Source: Octopus sinensis (Eukaryota). From it: DNA of 58,237 nucleotides. The notes under the pieces are model-generated. The model was not told the DNA's origin and searched no databases. It saw only the letters and a list, made by a program, of their open reading frames with translations. Position 1 is the first letter of the stretch. Each line of letters starts with the position of its first letter. Shown here piece after piece: positions 13,005 through 24,834 of this stretch. The position numbers and the translations under genes were made by a program. The stretch spans positions 1-58,237 of the forward strand of contig NW_021833109.1 of the NCBI RefSeq assembly GCF_006345805.1. Direction: 5' to 3'.

Positions 13005-13241
13005 ATTAATATAAACAGCAGGTTGCAATGTTTCACCAAAATGGAGAATTATCTAATAGGGACCATAATTGTTTGGAAAATGCAAACAGAAAATTCTTAA
13101 GACTGACATCAGTTTCAGCAGTTTCTGTTGCCTCATCAGTTAAGCCTGCTCAGTGTTCGGCTTTTTCCAGACCTGTTTCTCTATTAGTTTTTATGGTTCC
13201 GTCATCCAAATTAATGTATGATTTAGCGATTTTCTAATGTG
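13005..13241 (-). mobile_element. Penelope-type pseudo-LTR remnant carrying a hammerhead
   Basis: Contains the hammerhead at 13096-13144. Its terminus ATTAATATAAACAGCA...TGTTTCACCAAAA recurs at 14548-14597. Confidence 0.6.
13096..13144 (-). ncRNA. Type I hammerhead ribozyme, near-canonical
   Basis: Minus strand CTTAA CTGATGA GGCA ACAGAAAC TGCT GAAA CTG ATGT CAGT C TTAAG. Stem I 5 bp, stem II 4 bp, stem III 4 bp with tetraloop, GUC cleavage triplet (cut between 13101 and 13100). Confidence 0.85.
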
Positions 13242-13243
13242 TA

Positions 13244-14537
13244 CGAGGGGCGTTCAATAAGTAATGCCCCTGACCCACTTCCCATAGTAGTAGAGCAACA
13301 AAACTCGGCACAGGTATTAGTCTTTTTCTACATAGGAACCACTCAGAGTTACGCATTTCTCCCATTGTTTGATGCAGCTCTGGATACCGTTTTTGGAGAA
13401 GACCCCAGCTTGGTCCTCCAACCACGACGTGACTTCAGAAATCAAGGCTGCATCATCTGGTAAACGCTTTCCTTTCAAAAACAACTTCATGGGTGGGAAG
13501 AGGTGAAAATCAGAGGGTGCAAGATCTGGAGAGTATGCGGGATGGGGGAGAAGTTCATAGCCGCACGCCTGTGCTTTTGATCTGGCGACACGCGAGTTGT
13601 GGACCGGAGCGTTGTCCTGCAGGAGGAGGATGCCTTTGCTGATCTTTCCCCGCCTCTTGATTTTGATAGCTCCCCTTAATTTCCTCAAAAGTGAAGCATA
13701 ATAGGCTCCTGTAATTGTGGTACCCTTTGCCAGAAAATCTGTCATCACTACTCCGTCCTGGTCCCAGAAGACTGTGAGCGTGACCTTGCCAGCGGAGGGC
13801 TGCACCCTTGCCTTCTTTGGAGGAGGTAAGTCACGGCGTTTCCACTGCATTGACTGGGCTTTGGTCTCTGGATCATAGTGATGGACCCAGGTTTCATCCC
13901 GTGTAATCAGTCTTTTGAAATATTTTGACTCATCTTCTTGGCACATCTCCAAATTTATCCTCGAGCATTCGACGCGTTCTTGCTTCTGGAAAGGTGTGAG
14001 CAACCTGGGAATCCATCTGGCAGACACCTTTTGCATATGTAAATGGTCATGAATGATAGTTTCCACAGACCCGGTACTAATCTTGACTTCATGGGCTATT
14101 TGGCGAATAGTTATGCGTCGATCTTCCAAAATGGCAGCCTCAACTTGACGGACAGATGCCTCATCAATGGCAGAAGGGGGGGCGACCAGATCTGGGAGCT
14201 GTTTCCACAGAGTTCCGACCAAGTTTGAATTCACGATGCCAGCGTTTTACAAGGTCATATGATGGGGCATCATCACCATAAGTTACTTTCATTTCATCAA
14301 AAGTTTCCCGTGGTGTGCGTCCTTTCAAATACAAAAACCGGATCACTGCTCGACACTCAACAGGCTCCATTTCACACCTGACTCAGTTCAAACACCTGTA
14401 AATCAGAAACCACAATTAGTTCAGAGCTGTAATTTGCCACTTAATCTATAGAGATATAAATAATTGCACATGCAAAATTTCAGCTAGATCAAAGAACTGC
14501 AAGTGGGTCAGAGGCATTACTTATTGAACGCCCCTCG
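13244..14537 (-). mobile_element. mariner (DD34D) transposon, full length, copy 1
   Basis: ~37-bp TIRs CGAGGGGCGTTCAATAAGTAATGCC(C/T)CTGACCCACTT. TA duplication at 13242-43 and 14538-39. Length 1294 bp. Confidence 0.97.
13317..14370 (-). pseudogene. mariner transposase with a single 1-nt frameshift in G7 run (14176-14182)
   Basis: MEPVECRAVIRFLYLKG start, WIPRLL, ITRDETW, LQDNAPVH and YSPDLAPSDFHLF motifs with D34D spacing. Removing one base gives 351 codons. Copy 2 has 6 nt at the same site. Confidence 0.92.
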
Positions 14538-14681
14538 TATACACAAAATTAATATAAACAGCAAGTTTCCTATGTTTCACCAAAAAAGGAGAATAACTGT
14601 CACTAAATATATATATATACATATAAATATATATATATTATAATATATATATATATATATATATACATATATATACAATTT

Positions 14682-14919
14682 GAGATAGGGGTTGTAAATG
14701 CAACCCTCTATGGGATAACGTATATCCAATATACTGCTAGTGAAGTACCCAACAAAGTTAATACATAAATGTTAATGATTGCAATGCAATCAATTCATTT
14801 ACTGTATTATATGGGCAAAGGTAAAATGATTTACCACAAATTACTAATACAAGATAAGAAAATGGAGAAATACATCTAAATCAAATATCAATTACCAGAT
14901 AATACTCAATCACATACTT

Positions 14920-14920
<1 letters not shown>
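14682..14920 (-). repeat. Dispersed repeat matching 3' part of the 24017-24600 Penelope-like remnant
   Basis: Reverse complement matches 24400-24590, ending ACCCCTATCTCA. Confidence 0.7.
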
Positions 14921-14971
<51 letters not shown>

Positions 14972-14974
<3 letters not shown>

Positions 14975-15362
14975 ACTGATCATACATGTTTCTCTATCTA
15001 TCTAACTATTTTATCTGATTTCTATCTATTTTGTCTGATTTGTTCATTTCTCCTCTCGTTATATGATCGACCTTCGATTCGCCATCTTGAAACCTGTTTC
15101 CTTTAATACACTTCCGCCTTCTCCAAAAATCCCTCTTCCGGACAACTTTTTACTTAGAAGGCAACCCACAACATGTGCTCTCTCTCTCATTCATCTACCT
15201 CATCTACCAGCTATATAATCCCATGCACAGATAAGTTTGAATGCCTATTTTCACTCCTAGACTGATCATACATGTTTCTCTATCTATCTAACTATTTTAT
15301 CTGATTTCTATCTATTTTGTCTGATTTGTTCATTTCTCCTCTCGTTATATGATCGACCTTCG
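14972..15362. repeat. Identical 105-bp direct repeats (14972-15076, 15258-15362)
   Basis: Both copies read TAGACTGATCATACATG...GATCGACCTTCG. Period 286 bp. Confidence 0.85.
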
Positions 15363-15619
15363 TGTATCGCGGTGCACCCGCCCTGCCCACCCCCACCACC
15401 AATACCGGATATCTCTATTTTTCTCCATCTATACCGGATGTCGCTTCTCCCACCACCATTATAGGTGTCTTCTCTTCGAACCCCCCTCTTCAATACGCTA
15501 TTTTACCATGCATTACCCCTCTCTTGATATCCTACCTTCTACTTGCCCACAACCTGTCATCATTTCTCTGAACCACCCCTCCCCACTGGTGCTCCCCTAT
15601 ATTCCTGCACCCCCCCCCA

Positions 15620-15870
15620 CATAAAAAGCACCATCCGAACGTGGCCGATGCCAGACCCCTCTGGCACCTGTGCAGGTGGCATGTAAAAAGCACCCACTAC
15701 ACTCGCGGAGTGGTTGGCGTTAGGAAGGGCATCCAGCTGTAGAAACACTGCCAGACCAGACTGGAGCCTGGGGCAGTCCCTAGCTCCCCAGACCCCGGTC
15801 GAAACCGTCCAACCCGTGCTAGCGCGGAAAACGGACGTTAAACGATGATGATGATGATGATGATGATGAT
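15620..15870 (+). mobile_element. RTE-type LINE 3' end with (GAT)n tail
   Basis: Same 3' UTR as the RT-bearing copy at 35690-36845. Ends GGACGTTAAACGATGATGATG. Confidence 0.85.
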
Positions 15871-16006
15871 ATATATAACGGGAAGCTTTATGAAAATAGA
15901 CAAAAGACGAAGGTAGGTTTACGGAAATAAACAAAAGACGAAGGCAGGTGGAATACAAACAAACAATTGTATTAGTATGCCGCTCAGGAAATATAAATAA
16001 AACAAG

Positions 16007-16044
16007 TCTTTAACATTTCAAGCCTACACTCTTCAACAGAAAGA
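16007..16044 (-). ncRNA. Variant hammerhead-like motif (CUGUUGA core)
   Basis: Minus strand TCTTT CTGTTGA A GAG TGTAGG CTT GAAATGT T AAAGA: stem I 5 bp, CpG-decayed ACGT. Confidence 0.4.
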
Positions 16045-16133
16045 TACACGGAGAAGAAACACAGAAAGAAGGAGAGAGAAAAAAAATGCGTGCAGAGGCT
16101 AGCGAATCAACATGGCGATAATATATATATACT

Positions 16134-16236
<103 letters not shown>

Positions 16237-16295
16237 GTGTGTGTGTGTGTATGTGTGTGTGTGTGTGTGTAATGTGTTATGACAGGCTAGCTTCT

Positions 16296-16436
16296 TTCAG
16301 TTTCTTTCTTCCAAATCCACTCACAAGGCTTTGTGTCAGCCTATAGTAGAAGACCCTTGCCCAAGGTGCCATGCATTGGGACTGAACCCAGAACCATATG
16401 GTTGGGAAGCAAGCTTCTTACTACACAGCCATGCCT
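16296..16436 (-). mobile_element. SINE family A, 5' half
   Basis: Reverse complement of the family A head and body. Confidence 0.85.
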
Positions 16437-16999
16437 ATATATAAAATTTCTTATACAACAATATATCATCATCATCATCATCATCGTCGTCGTCGTCGTC
16501 GTCGTCATCATCATCATCAAAATAATAATAATAATAATAAGAAGAAGAAGAAGAAGAAGAAGAACAACAACAACAACAATAATAGGAAAACTGCAGTATT
16601 TCAGAAAATATTCAAATCTTCATTAGCTGCTGACACTACAAAATTCATTGGAGCACTACTCACATATATAGGGCTGTATTATAGCAACATACTCATGCAC
16701 TCACACACTCTCTCTCTCTCACACACACACACATGCACACACACACACACACACATGCACACACACACACACACACACAAATATACACAAAACAACAACA
16801 ACATAAAAAATTAGACTTAACATGATTGTTGTGTTATGAACAGGAATATAACCTCATTTCTCATGCTCCGGCTTATTGTGATCTTCCTAATGGAAGATCA
16901 CATTGGTAAAAGTGGTCTTGGCCATACCATAAGACAGAGCAGTCATCACTGGAGCATGTTTGATCAAAAGTCTCCTTAATCAGACCTCATTCACTCAAA

Positions 17000-18420
17000 G
17001 ATTTTCCCTGTAATTCTTTGGGTGAAAAACAAGGCTTACAACCCCTGGAGAGAGTCTCACCCACTCTCAACAAATGGGTGGATTTTCATCAAACAGAAAC
17101 AACTCTTGCTGGACCACAATCTGCTCTGCAAAGGATGCCTTTGAGCAATATTGTTTCCTCAAGCTTTCCTTCTTTCTTTCCTTCCATAATGCTACTGATT
17201 CTTCTGGTCCCTTTCCAAAAGGATCCCGACCAAGTTTATAGAACCCCTTCTTAACACTGATGATCCCATAAATAGTACTTTCCCAAGGAGAAAGATCCTA
17301 TTTTTGCTGCCCACTTTGCCTCCAGCTTCACATTTTAGTCTCCTCTATGTCTACCTCTGTATATTCCACCAGGCTCCTCACTCTGTTCACATACAATAAA
17401 TACTTCCGATACTCCACTGGCTCTGAAAATATCCCTTCTGTTAAACACTTAAACAATCTACCACAAAACGTGCAACCATGCACATCAAACTCTTTAATCT
17501 CTAACTTTCTATGGAGATATTCCTTGATATTTGGAAGATCACTTCAGTGTGTCCCATTCTAAAGACAACAAACCCTTTAAATCTACAAACAATTATTCTA
17601 CTGCTCTCGCCTCTAATATCTCTAAGATAATGGAAACATTCATCTCACTCTCCACTCAGTATAGCTTTCACAGAGCCATATCTACTAGAAACCTACATTT
17701 TTTGTTGCTCACAAAATGCAACTCTTGAGAAGATTGGCAAAAATCAGTGTTGTTGCTCTAAATACCAAGAAAGCCTTTGAAATGTCTAGCATCAAATCCC
17801 TAATCAAAACTTCTTGTCTGTGGACTCCACCCACTTCATACTCTAGAATGAGTGGGTTTCTATCAGATTCCACTATTACATGTCTTGACAGAACTCTTTG
17901 AGTCCCACTTTCAGTCAACTCTGGTGTGCTCCAGGGTTTGGTTCTGTCCCCTATTTTTTTCCTTCTATACACGCACTAACACTCACGCTTATGCAGTTAA
18001 TCCAACTCTTTATTTTCACCTAACATTCCTCACCATGCATCATCAACATGCAACCTAGACATTGCAAGCCAAATCTCAATTGGTTCCAGACCGTGAGAGC
18101 ATATCCTCCAGTGGGGCCATGCAAATTTTCTATCTTTTAGCAGGAAAAAAAAGAGAGAAAAATTCGAGTACTGTTCATTAGGAAAGCACTACAATGCTGC
18201 CTTTCAACATAAATGCACGCAGAGCGCTCACATTGGTTCCAAATGCTGGGCCTCAGTAATATCGAAGACCTCGGTTAGTGAAAGCAGGTATATATACAGG
18301 TATATAACATAGCTAGGTCTGCATCCCAAACTTTGGCTCCTCTTTCTAGAACTATAGAATATTTCAGCCTCTAACAATTGCTGACATTTTTCAGGTCTCA
18401 GATAGGAGTATGTTTCTAGA
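17000..18420 (+). mobile_element. Highly decayed non-LTR retrotransposon RT remnant (CR1/L2/Jockey-like, clade uncertain)
   Basis: Residual motifs WKITSVCPI, ALxSNISKIME, ALNTKKAFE (LDxxKAFD) and VNSGVLQGLVLSPI. Confidence 0.6.
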
Positions 18421-18933
18421 CCCTCTAAAAGTTCTGCCAATCCATTTTTTTGGTTTGATGCTATTTTTTTTTTCATTGACTTCAAAAGGACAAAAGGCAA
18501 AGTTGACTTCAGTGGGATCCAGCCTCAAAGCATAGAGAATCAGAGAACCAGAACAAATGCGGTGACACATTCTATCCGAATATTCTAATGACCCTCCCTG
18601 CCGCCAATTCACTGTTTCTGTCACATGTTTTCATGTTTTCACTCTGAAACCTCACCACCTCCATGTTCCCATAAGCAACAGCACCCAACAGCATCACACA
18701 ATTCTGTATTCATTCAACCACAACACTCAATGTATCATCATGGTCACATCTACTTACAACATTTTCATTCACTTTTACTAATGATAACGATGATGACAAC
18801 GATGATGACAACAACGATGACGATGATGACAACAACGATGACGATGACCACCACCATCGCGACGTCCCTCACAACGCCCCCCCCCCGATCACTACTACCT
18901 TCATCTCCTCACTACCCTTTCTCATCAGTTACC

Positions 18934-19166
18934 TATTTCTTTATTACCCACAAGGGGCTAAACACAGAGGGGACAAACAAGGACAGACATAGGTATTAAG
19001 TCGATTATATCGACCCCAGTGTGTAACTGGTACTCAATTAATCGACCCCGAAAGGATGAAAGGCAAAGTCGACCTCGGCAGAATTTGAACTCAGAACGTA
19101 ACAGCAGAGGAAATACGGCTATGCAATTCGTCCGACGTGCTAACGTTTCTGCCAGCTCGCCGCCTT
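18934..19166 (-). mobile_element. SINE family C with 17-bp TSD
   Basis: Minus strand GAAGGCGGCGAGCTGGCAGAAACGTTAGC...GAGTTCAAATTC. CTTTCTCATCAGTTACC is duplicated at 18917-18933 and 19167-19183. Confidence 0.92.
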
Positions 19167-19439
19167 CTTTCTCATCAGTTACCACTCAAGACAACACAAT
19201 AATCTAAAACTCGGACTGAGTTATGTCTTCATTAATACAACCAGGCCTACACGTTGTACTCATATATTCAATCGCAAGCTGTTGTTTTTTTTGTGCTATG
19301 ATAAATCTCCAGGTTTAACTCAAGTCATGTGTGGTTCGACAACAACGACAATGATAACAGCAACAACAAACTTAATGAAAGACTGCTTTATGATTTTTTT
19401 TTGGTGTATTACAAATGCTGTTTGACAAACATTAAAATA

Positions 19440-20530
19440 ACCAAGATTTCTCTCTCTCTCTCCCTCTCTCCCACTCTCTCTCTTTCTCTCTCTTCTCTCT
19501 CTCTCTCTCTCTCTGTTCCTTTCACCCTCTTTCCCTCTCTGTTTGCCTGTCTGTCTTTCTTTTTCTCTCTTTGGCTGTCTGTGTCTCTCTGTACCTCTGC
19601 CCACCTCTGTCTCTCTGTTTGTCCATCTCTCAGTCTCTTTCTCTCTCTCTTTCTTTCTCTTTTTTTCACTGTATGCTTGCATCTGTGTCTCTGCATCTTA
19701 TCACTCTGTCTATCTGTCTGTCCATCTTCTATCTCCCTCCCTTCCTCTCTCCTTCACTGAATTTTTGCCTTTCTCTCTGTGTCTATTTGTCTCTGTGTCT
19801 ATTTGTCTGTCTCTCTCTGTCTCTGTTACTCTCTCTGTTTCTCTCACTGTCTGTCAATCTCTATCTGTCTATCTGTCTGTCTGTCTGTCTCTCCCTCTCC
19901 CTCCCTCTCCCTCTCTCTCTCTTCCTCTCTTCCAACAACAATATATTTACACTCAATACACCAATACCACCTATATCAAAAGACCACACAGGCACTTTAC
20001 ACTAAAATGGAAAAAACATAATTACCCACACCCTCCTAAAACAAAGATGAAAAAAACCCCCCAAAAAACAAAAAAAACAAAAACAATAAAACACACATAT
20101 ACATACAAACACACACAAGCATACAGAATCACACAGACAGACACATGTACACTCACACACACACACACACACACAAACACACACAAACACACACAAACAC
20201 ACACAAACACACACAAACACACACAAACATACACACACAAACACAAACACAAACACAAACACTAACACTCATACAAACTCATACACAAAAACACATGCAA
20301 AGACACTCACGCACAGGCATACACGTACAAACGCACAGGCATACACATATGTATGCACCCCCCCCCACACACACAAACTCAAACACGTACTGAAGCACAC
20401 ATACACACACATATACTAATACATTCACACGCAAACACCAACACACACACACACACACACACAACACACATTCACTCACACATGCACGCATTCACAAACA
20501 CAAGCACAAACATGTGCATGTGTGCACATG

Positions 20531-20562
<32 letters not shown>

Positions 20563-20703
20563 TGCACGCGCACACAGGCACATACGCGCGCACACACACA
20601 CACACACACACACCTAAAACACAGAAAATAAATGAATCATTCACATTTAATATATGAAATTCATAAACCTCGTGATGTACCAAAAAAAAAAAAAAACTCC
20701 TTT

Positions 20704-20735
<32 letters not shown>

Positions 20736-21299
20736 TTTTTGAATTATAAAAACAAAAATTAAGCAAAAAAAGAATAAAAAAAAAAGAAATAAAACCAATG
20801 AAGATGCATTTAGAGAATATTTTAAGTGAGATCTTATTTTGATAGATGTAAAAAAAGTGAGGGTGTATTTCAATGCCTGAAATCTCTTTCAGAATAAGCT
20901 ATCAGACATAAGATGTTATGGAATTTAAAATGGTAAGCTGGCAGCTGAAGGAGCAGGGGGTGGGGTGGGGTGGGGTGGGGGGTGGTATGAGTGGGGACGG
21001 GGGTAGGGGGGAGTGGGGCGGCACAGATGGTGAAACATCATCTCAAATATTTGATACAAAACAGACATCCAAATTTCTTTACCATCTGGACTTAAAGATA
21101 TGTCTTATAAGCACCCACTACCCGCACTACCACCCGTACCACCGCCGCCGCCGCCTCCTCCTCCTTCCCTTACTCCTCCTCCTCCTCCTCCTCCTCCTCC
21201 TCCTCCTCCCCCTCCCCCTCCTCCTCCTCTTCCCACACCTTGCACACTCACGCACGCGTGTATGCACACACACACATGTATGCACATTTGTATGTTTGC

Positions 21300-21366
<67 letters not shown>

Positions 21367-21378
21367 TACATACACATG

Positions 21379-21410
<32 letters not shown>

Positions 21411-22200
21411 CACACACACAAACACACATACATATATATGCACATATATATAAATATATGAACGTCTATATATGCATGAATGTGTGTGTGTGTGTATATG
21501 TTATATATATATGATCTGTATATGAATACATGAGTGCATGTGTCTATGTATGTATCTACATATGCATGTTTGTATATATGTGTGCGCATGCATGTATGCA
21601 TGTATCTATGTATGTAAGTATGTACAGTTTCAACTCACACACACACACACACACACACACACATTTAACAAGATAATTTATAAATTTTATAATTATCACT
21701 CTCACCTTCATTCTTTCCTCTCCTGCTCACACATACACACACTCACTGACACTCATATTCACATACACTCACATACATACACTCTCATACATACTTTCAC
21801 TCTGTTTTTCCTATCTTTATTTCAACTGTTTTTGAGTCTCTTTGGTTTAGATAATCTTATTCACCATCCTTTTATTTCAGTATTAATCTCAGCCTCCTCC
21901 TCTTTCATACTCTCTCTCTCTCTCTCACCCAAATACTTTCATCCTGTCTCTCTTTCTCACCCTCCTTCTCACCCATGCCCTCTCTCTCTCTCACCCACGG
22001 ACACCCCCTCTCTCCCTCATTCACTTACACTCTCAGTCTTTTCTCACTCTCTGACTCACCCTTATATTCTTACTCTCTCTCTCTATCTCTCTGATTCTCT
22101 GAGTCTCTCTCACCCACACACTCTCACTCTGTCTATATTTCACCTCTTTCTCTCACTCCACTCTATTTCTCACCCTATTACCCTCATGCTCTCTCTCTCT
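19440..22200. repeat. Microsatellite and low-complexity block (CT, CA, ATTT, CCT, TA tracts)
   Basis: Direct observation. Confidence 0.85.
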
Positions 22201-22202
22201 TC

Positions 22203-22262
22203 CTCAACCATTGGTTTCATGTCTACCATTGTACTTGGTAATACTATTGACTCTTCAGACAT
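22203..22262 (-). ncRNA. Decayed hammerhead in PLE pseudo-LTR
   Basis: Minus strand ATGT CTGAAGA GTC...ACAT GAAAC CAATG GTT GAGG. Core retained but stem I broken. Lies ~190 nt 3' of a PLE coding end. Confidence 0.4.
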
Positions 22263-22454
22263 GGTAGCCAAAAACACTGGAGGTAAATAATACTGAAGGT
22301 AAATATACAGCCCTGGTTAGCTTGGTGGTGAAATGATAAAAAAATCTTTCTTAGAATAAAAGAGTTGCATCCCATTGTTCAATTTCAGTCAGGGGTCAAC
22401 TGTGCTAGCATACAAGTTTTCTGTTTTCTAGTTTCAAAAAGGGAAGGTCATGTT

Positions 22455-22880
22455 CCCAAAATGAAATTTCTATGATTAGAGCAGTGACTAAAAATTTCAC
22501 TTTTTGAATACAGAAATGCACCTGGAATTGTGTGAAATTCTTAAGGTTACTTTCTTCTCAAAAAAGGAAAGCTTCCATAGTCCGTTCCCATTTGGGCATG
22601 GCTCAGGTTGTTCCAGCAGTTTTCAGTTGATTTTGTATGGTGTTCCTTTCTCTTTTAATTGTCATATATAGCTGGTTAATGTTGTAATGTCACACCTCTA
22701 TTGAATCCTAAAAGAGAACCTGGGATTATTTAACCTGGCCTTAAAGGAGGATTCTATTTCCCCCAATATATTTCTGTATGTGCATCCCTCCATTGCTACT
22801 GCTGTTACTTCATGGACCATAACTTCAGTATTCCATTGCCCATCCACTAGGCATTCACTACTAACTCTAAATGAGCATCC
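22455..22880 (-). mobile_element. Penelope-like element GIY-YIG C-terminal remnant
   Basis: CLVDGQW..VMVHEVTAV..YRNILGEIESSFKARLNN..FSFR, then QLKEKGTPYKIN and SEIFSHCSNHRNFIL. Confidence 0.75.
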
Positions 22881-22891
22881 TGTCTCTGCAA

Positions 22892-23200
22892 GCACATAGC
22901 TTAGTGGTTAGGATATTTGGCTCATGGTTGTAAGGTTGTGAGTTCGATCCCCAGTGGTGCATTGGATGCTTTATTTTATGTTGCTCAAGTCGACTCAGTT
23001 AGCAAAAATGAGTTGTACCTATAATTCAAAGGGCCAGCCTTATTGCACCCTGTGTCATGCTGATTTCCCAGAGATTTAATTTAAAGACATGTTCATCTGT
23101 GGACTGCTTGGCCACTTGCATATTCATTTCACCAGCAGGCTGCTCAGTTGATCAGATCAGCTGGAACCCTTGTCATCATAACTGATTGAGTGCCAGTTTT
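22892..23200 (+). mobile_element. SINE family B
   Basis: GCACATAGCTTAGTGGTTAGG...GAGTTCGATCCC head followed by the family B body. Confidence 0.85.
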
Positions 23201-23344
23201 TATAGTTTTTATATATATATCTGATGGGCTTCTTTCAATTCAATTTCCATTAATAAATTCACTCACAAGGCTATGGACAGTCTGAGCCTATTGTAGAAGA
23301 CACTTGCAGCCATGCTTGCTCCTCCCATATGCAGCAGTGTCATA

Positions 23345-24016
23345 TGAGGTGGATTAATAAAAAATAACTTATTTACCTAAGTTTTAACATCATCTCCTTC
23401 CAAATAGTCACCTTGCACAGCAATATGTCAGTCCCAGCATTCCTGTCACTTTTGGAATCCAGCCTGGAAGTTGTTTTCTATAAAAGAGTTGCAGACCTTC
23501 TGTGATTTTCCCTTTATCTTGACAACAGTATTAAGATGGCAAACCTTTGAGCTGCATTTTCATCTTGTGGAAGAGATGGAAGTCCACAGATGCTAAATCT
23601 GGTGAATAGGGAGGGTTCGGAAGTGATACCATCTTGTTTTTTGGTGAGAAACTCACAAACAAGGAGAGTTCAATGACAGGGTGCATTGTTGTCATGAAGA
23701 ACCCAATTCTTTGCGCTTCACAGATCAGGTTGCTTTTGCCAAATGTCCTTCCTCAAATGCTTCAAAATGTCACAGTAGAACTCTCAATTGACAGTCTGGC
23801 TCTGGGGGACAAATTCTTGATGCACAATGCCACATTTCCAAGGGTGATGCTCATGGCAAGTCTTCCAGATCACTCATCATCTTCTAGGAACATTCTTCTT
23901 CATTTGAAGCGCTTGTGCCACTCAAAACATTATGTATGACCCATTGCCTCATCACTGTAAGCTTGCTAAGGCATGCTCAGTGTCTCTGTAGCAGAGTTCC
24001 CAAGTTTAATGCAGAA
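23345..24016 (-). mobile_element. Truncated, internally deleted mariner
   Basis: Minus-strand NPPYSPDLASVDF and C-terminal AVQGDYLEGDD. TA-TGAGGTG terminus at 23343. Truncated at 24016 by the PLE remnant. Confidence 0.75.
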
Positions 24017-24596
24017 TTTCAGCCTGTAGATAAAGGTATCTCATTGTGCCTATATTACAATCTTGTGTATGTGTATTTTGTTTCATATTTATATTTGCAT
24101 TTGTATATTTTTATAATTGTACTTTATAATCTCTGACGAGGCCTTGATATATATATATAAGTAACTCATTTTTAACTGCATATTACCTCAATACATCTGA
24201 CTAATATAGGCACAATGAGATACCTTTATCTACAGGCTGAAACAGCTGTAAGATCCATTTTATGTGTATTATTTTTATGGTATTATCTTACTTATTGATG
24301 TATATTGTTTTATTCTGTTGGATTTGGATGTTCCTATTTAAGTAGTTAATGAATAATATGAATTGGTAATATCTGTAAGTGGATGATTGAAAGGAATCTG
24401 TTCCTCCATTTTCTTATTTGTATTATGAATTTGAGGTAAAATATTTTACCTTCGCCCATCTAATACAATAAATGAATTAATTGCATTGCAATTATAAGCA
24501 TTTATGTATTTGCCTTTTGGGTACTTCACCATAGTATATTGGATAACTGATATCCCATAGTGGGTTACACTCATAACCCCTATCTCACTTTGTACT

Positions 24597-24600
<4 letters not shown>
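24017..24600 (+). mobile_element. Penelope-type pseudo-LTR remnant with inverted 41-bp segment
   Basis: 24017-24057 is the exact reverse complement of 24202-24242. Contains a hammerhead, and its 3' part matches 14682-14920. Confidence 0.7.
24129..24254 (+). ncRNA. Type I hammerhead ribozyme with 89-nt loop II
   Basis: ATCT CTGACGA GGCCT [89 nt] AGGCT GAAA C AGCT GTA AGAT. Palindromic ACAGCTGT stem III, GUA triplet (cut after 24250). Confidence 0.7.
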
Positions 24601-24650
<50 letters not shown>

Positions 24651-24667
24651 TATGCATACATACATAT

Positions 24668-24726
<59 letters not shown>

Positions 24727-24834
24727 TTTATATATATACATATATATATATTATATATATATATATATATATAATATATATAATATATATATATATATAA
24801 ATATATATATATGTATATATGTATATATATGTAT

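Noticed and set aside
17257-17300. CTGATGA TCC...GGA GAAA
   Set aside because: Stem I does not form and the motif lies within a decayed RT remnant.
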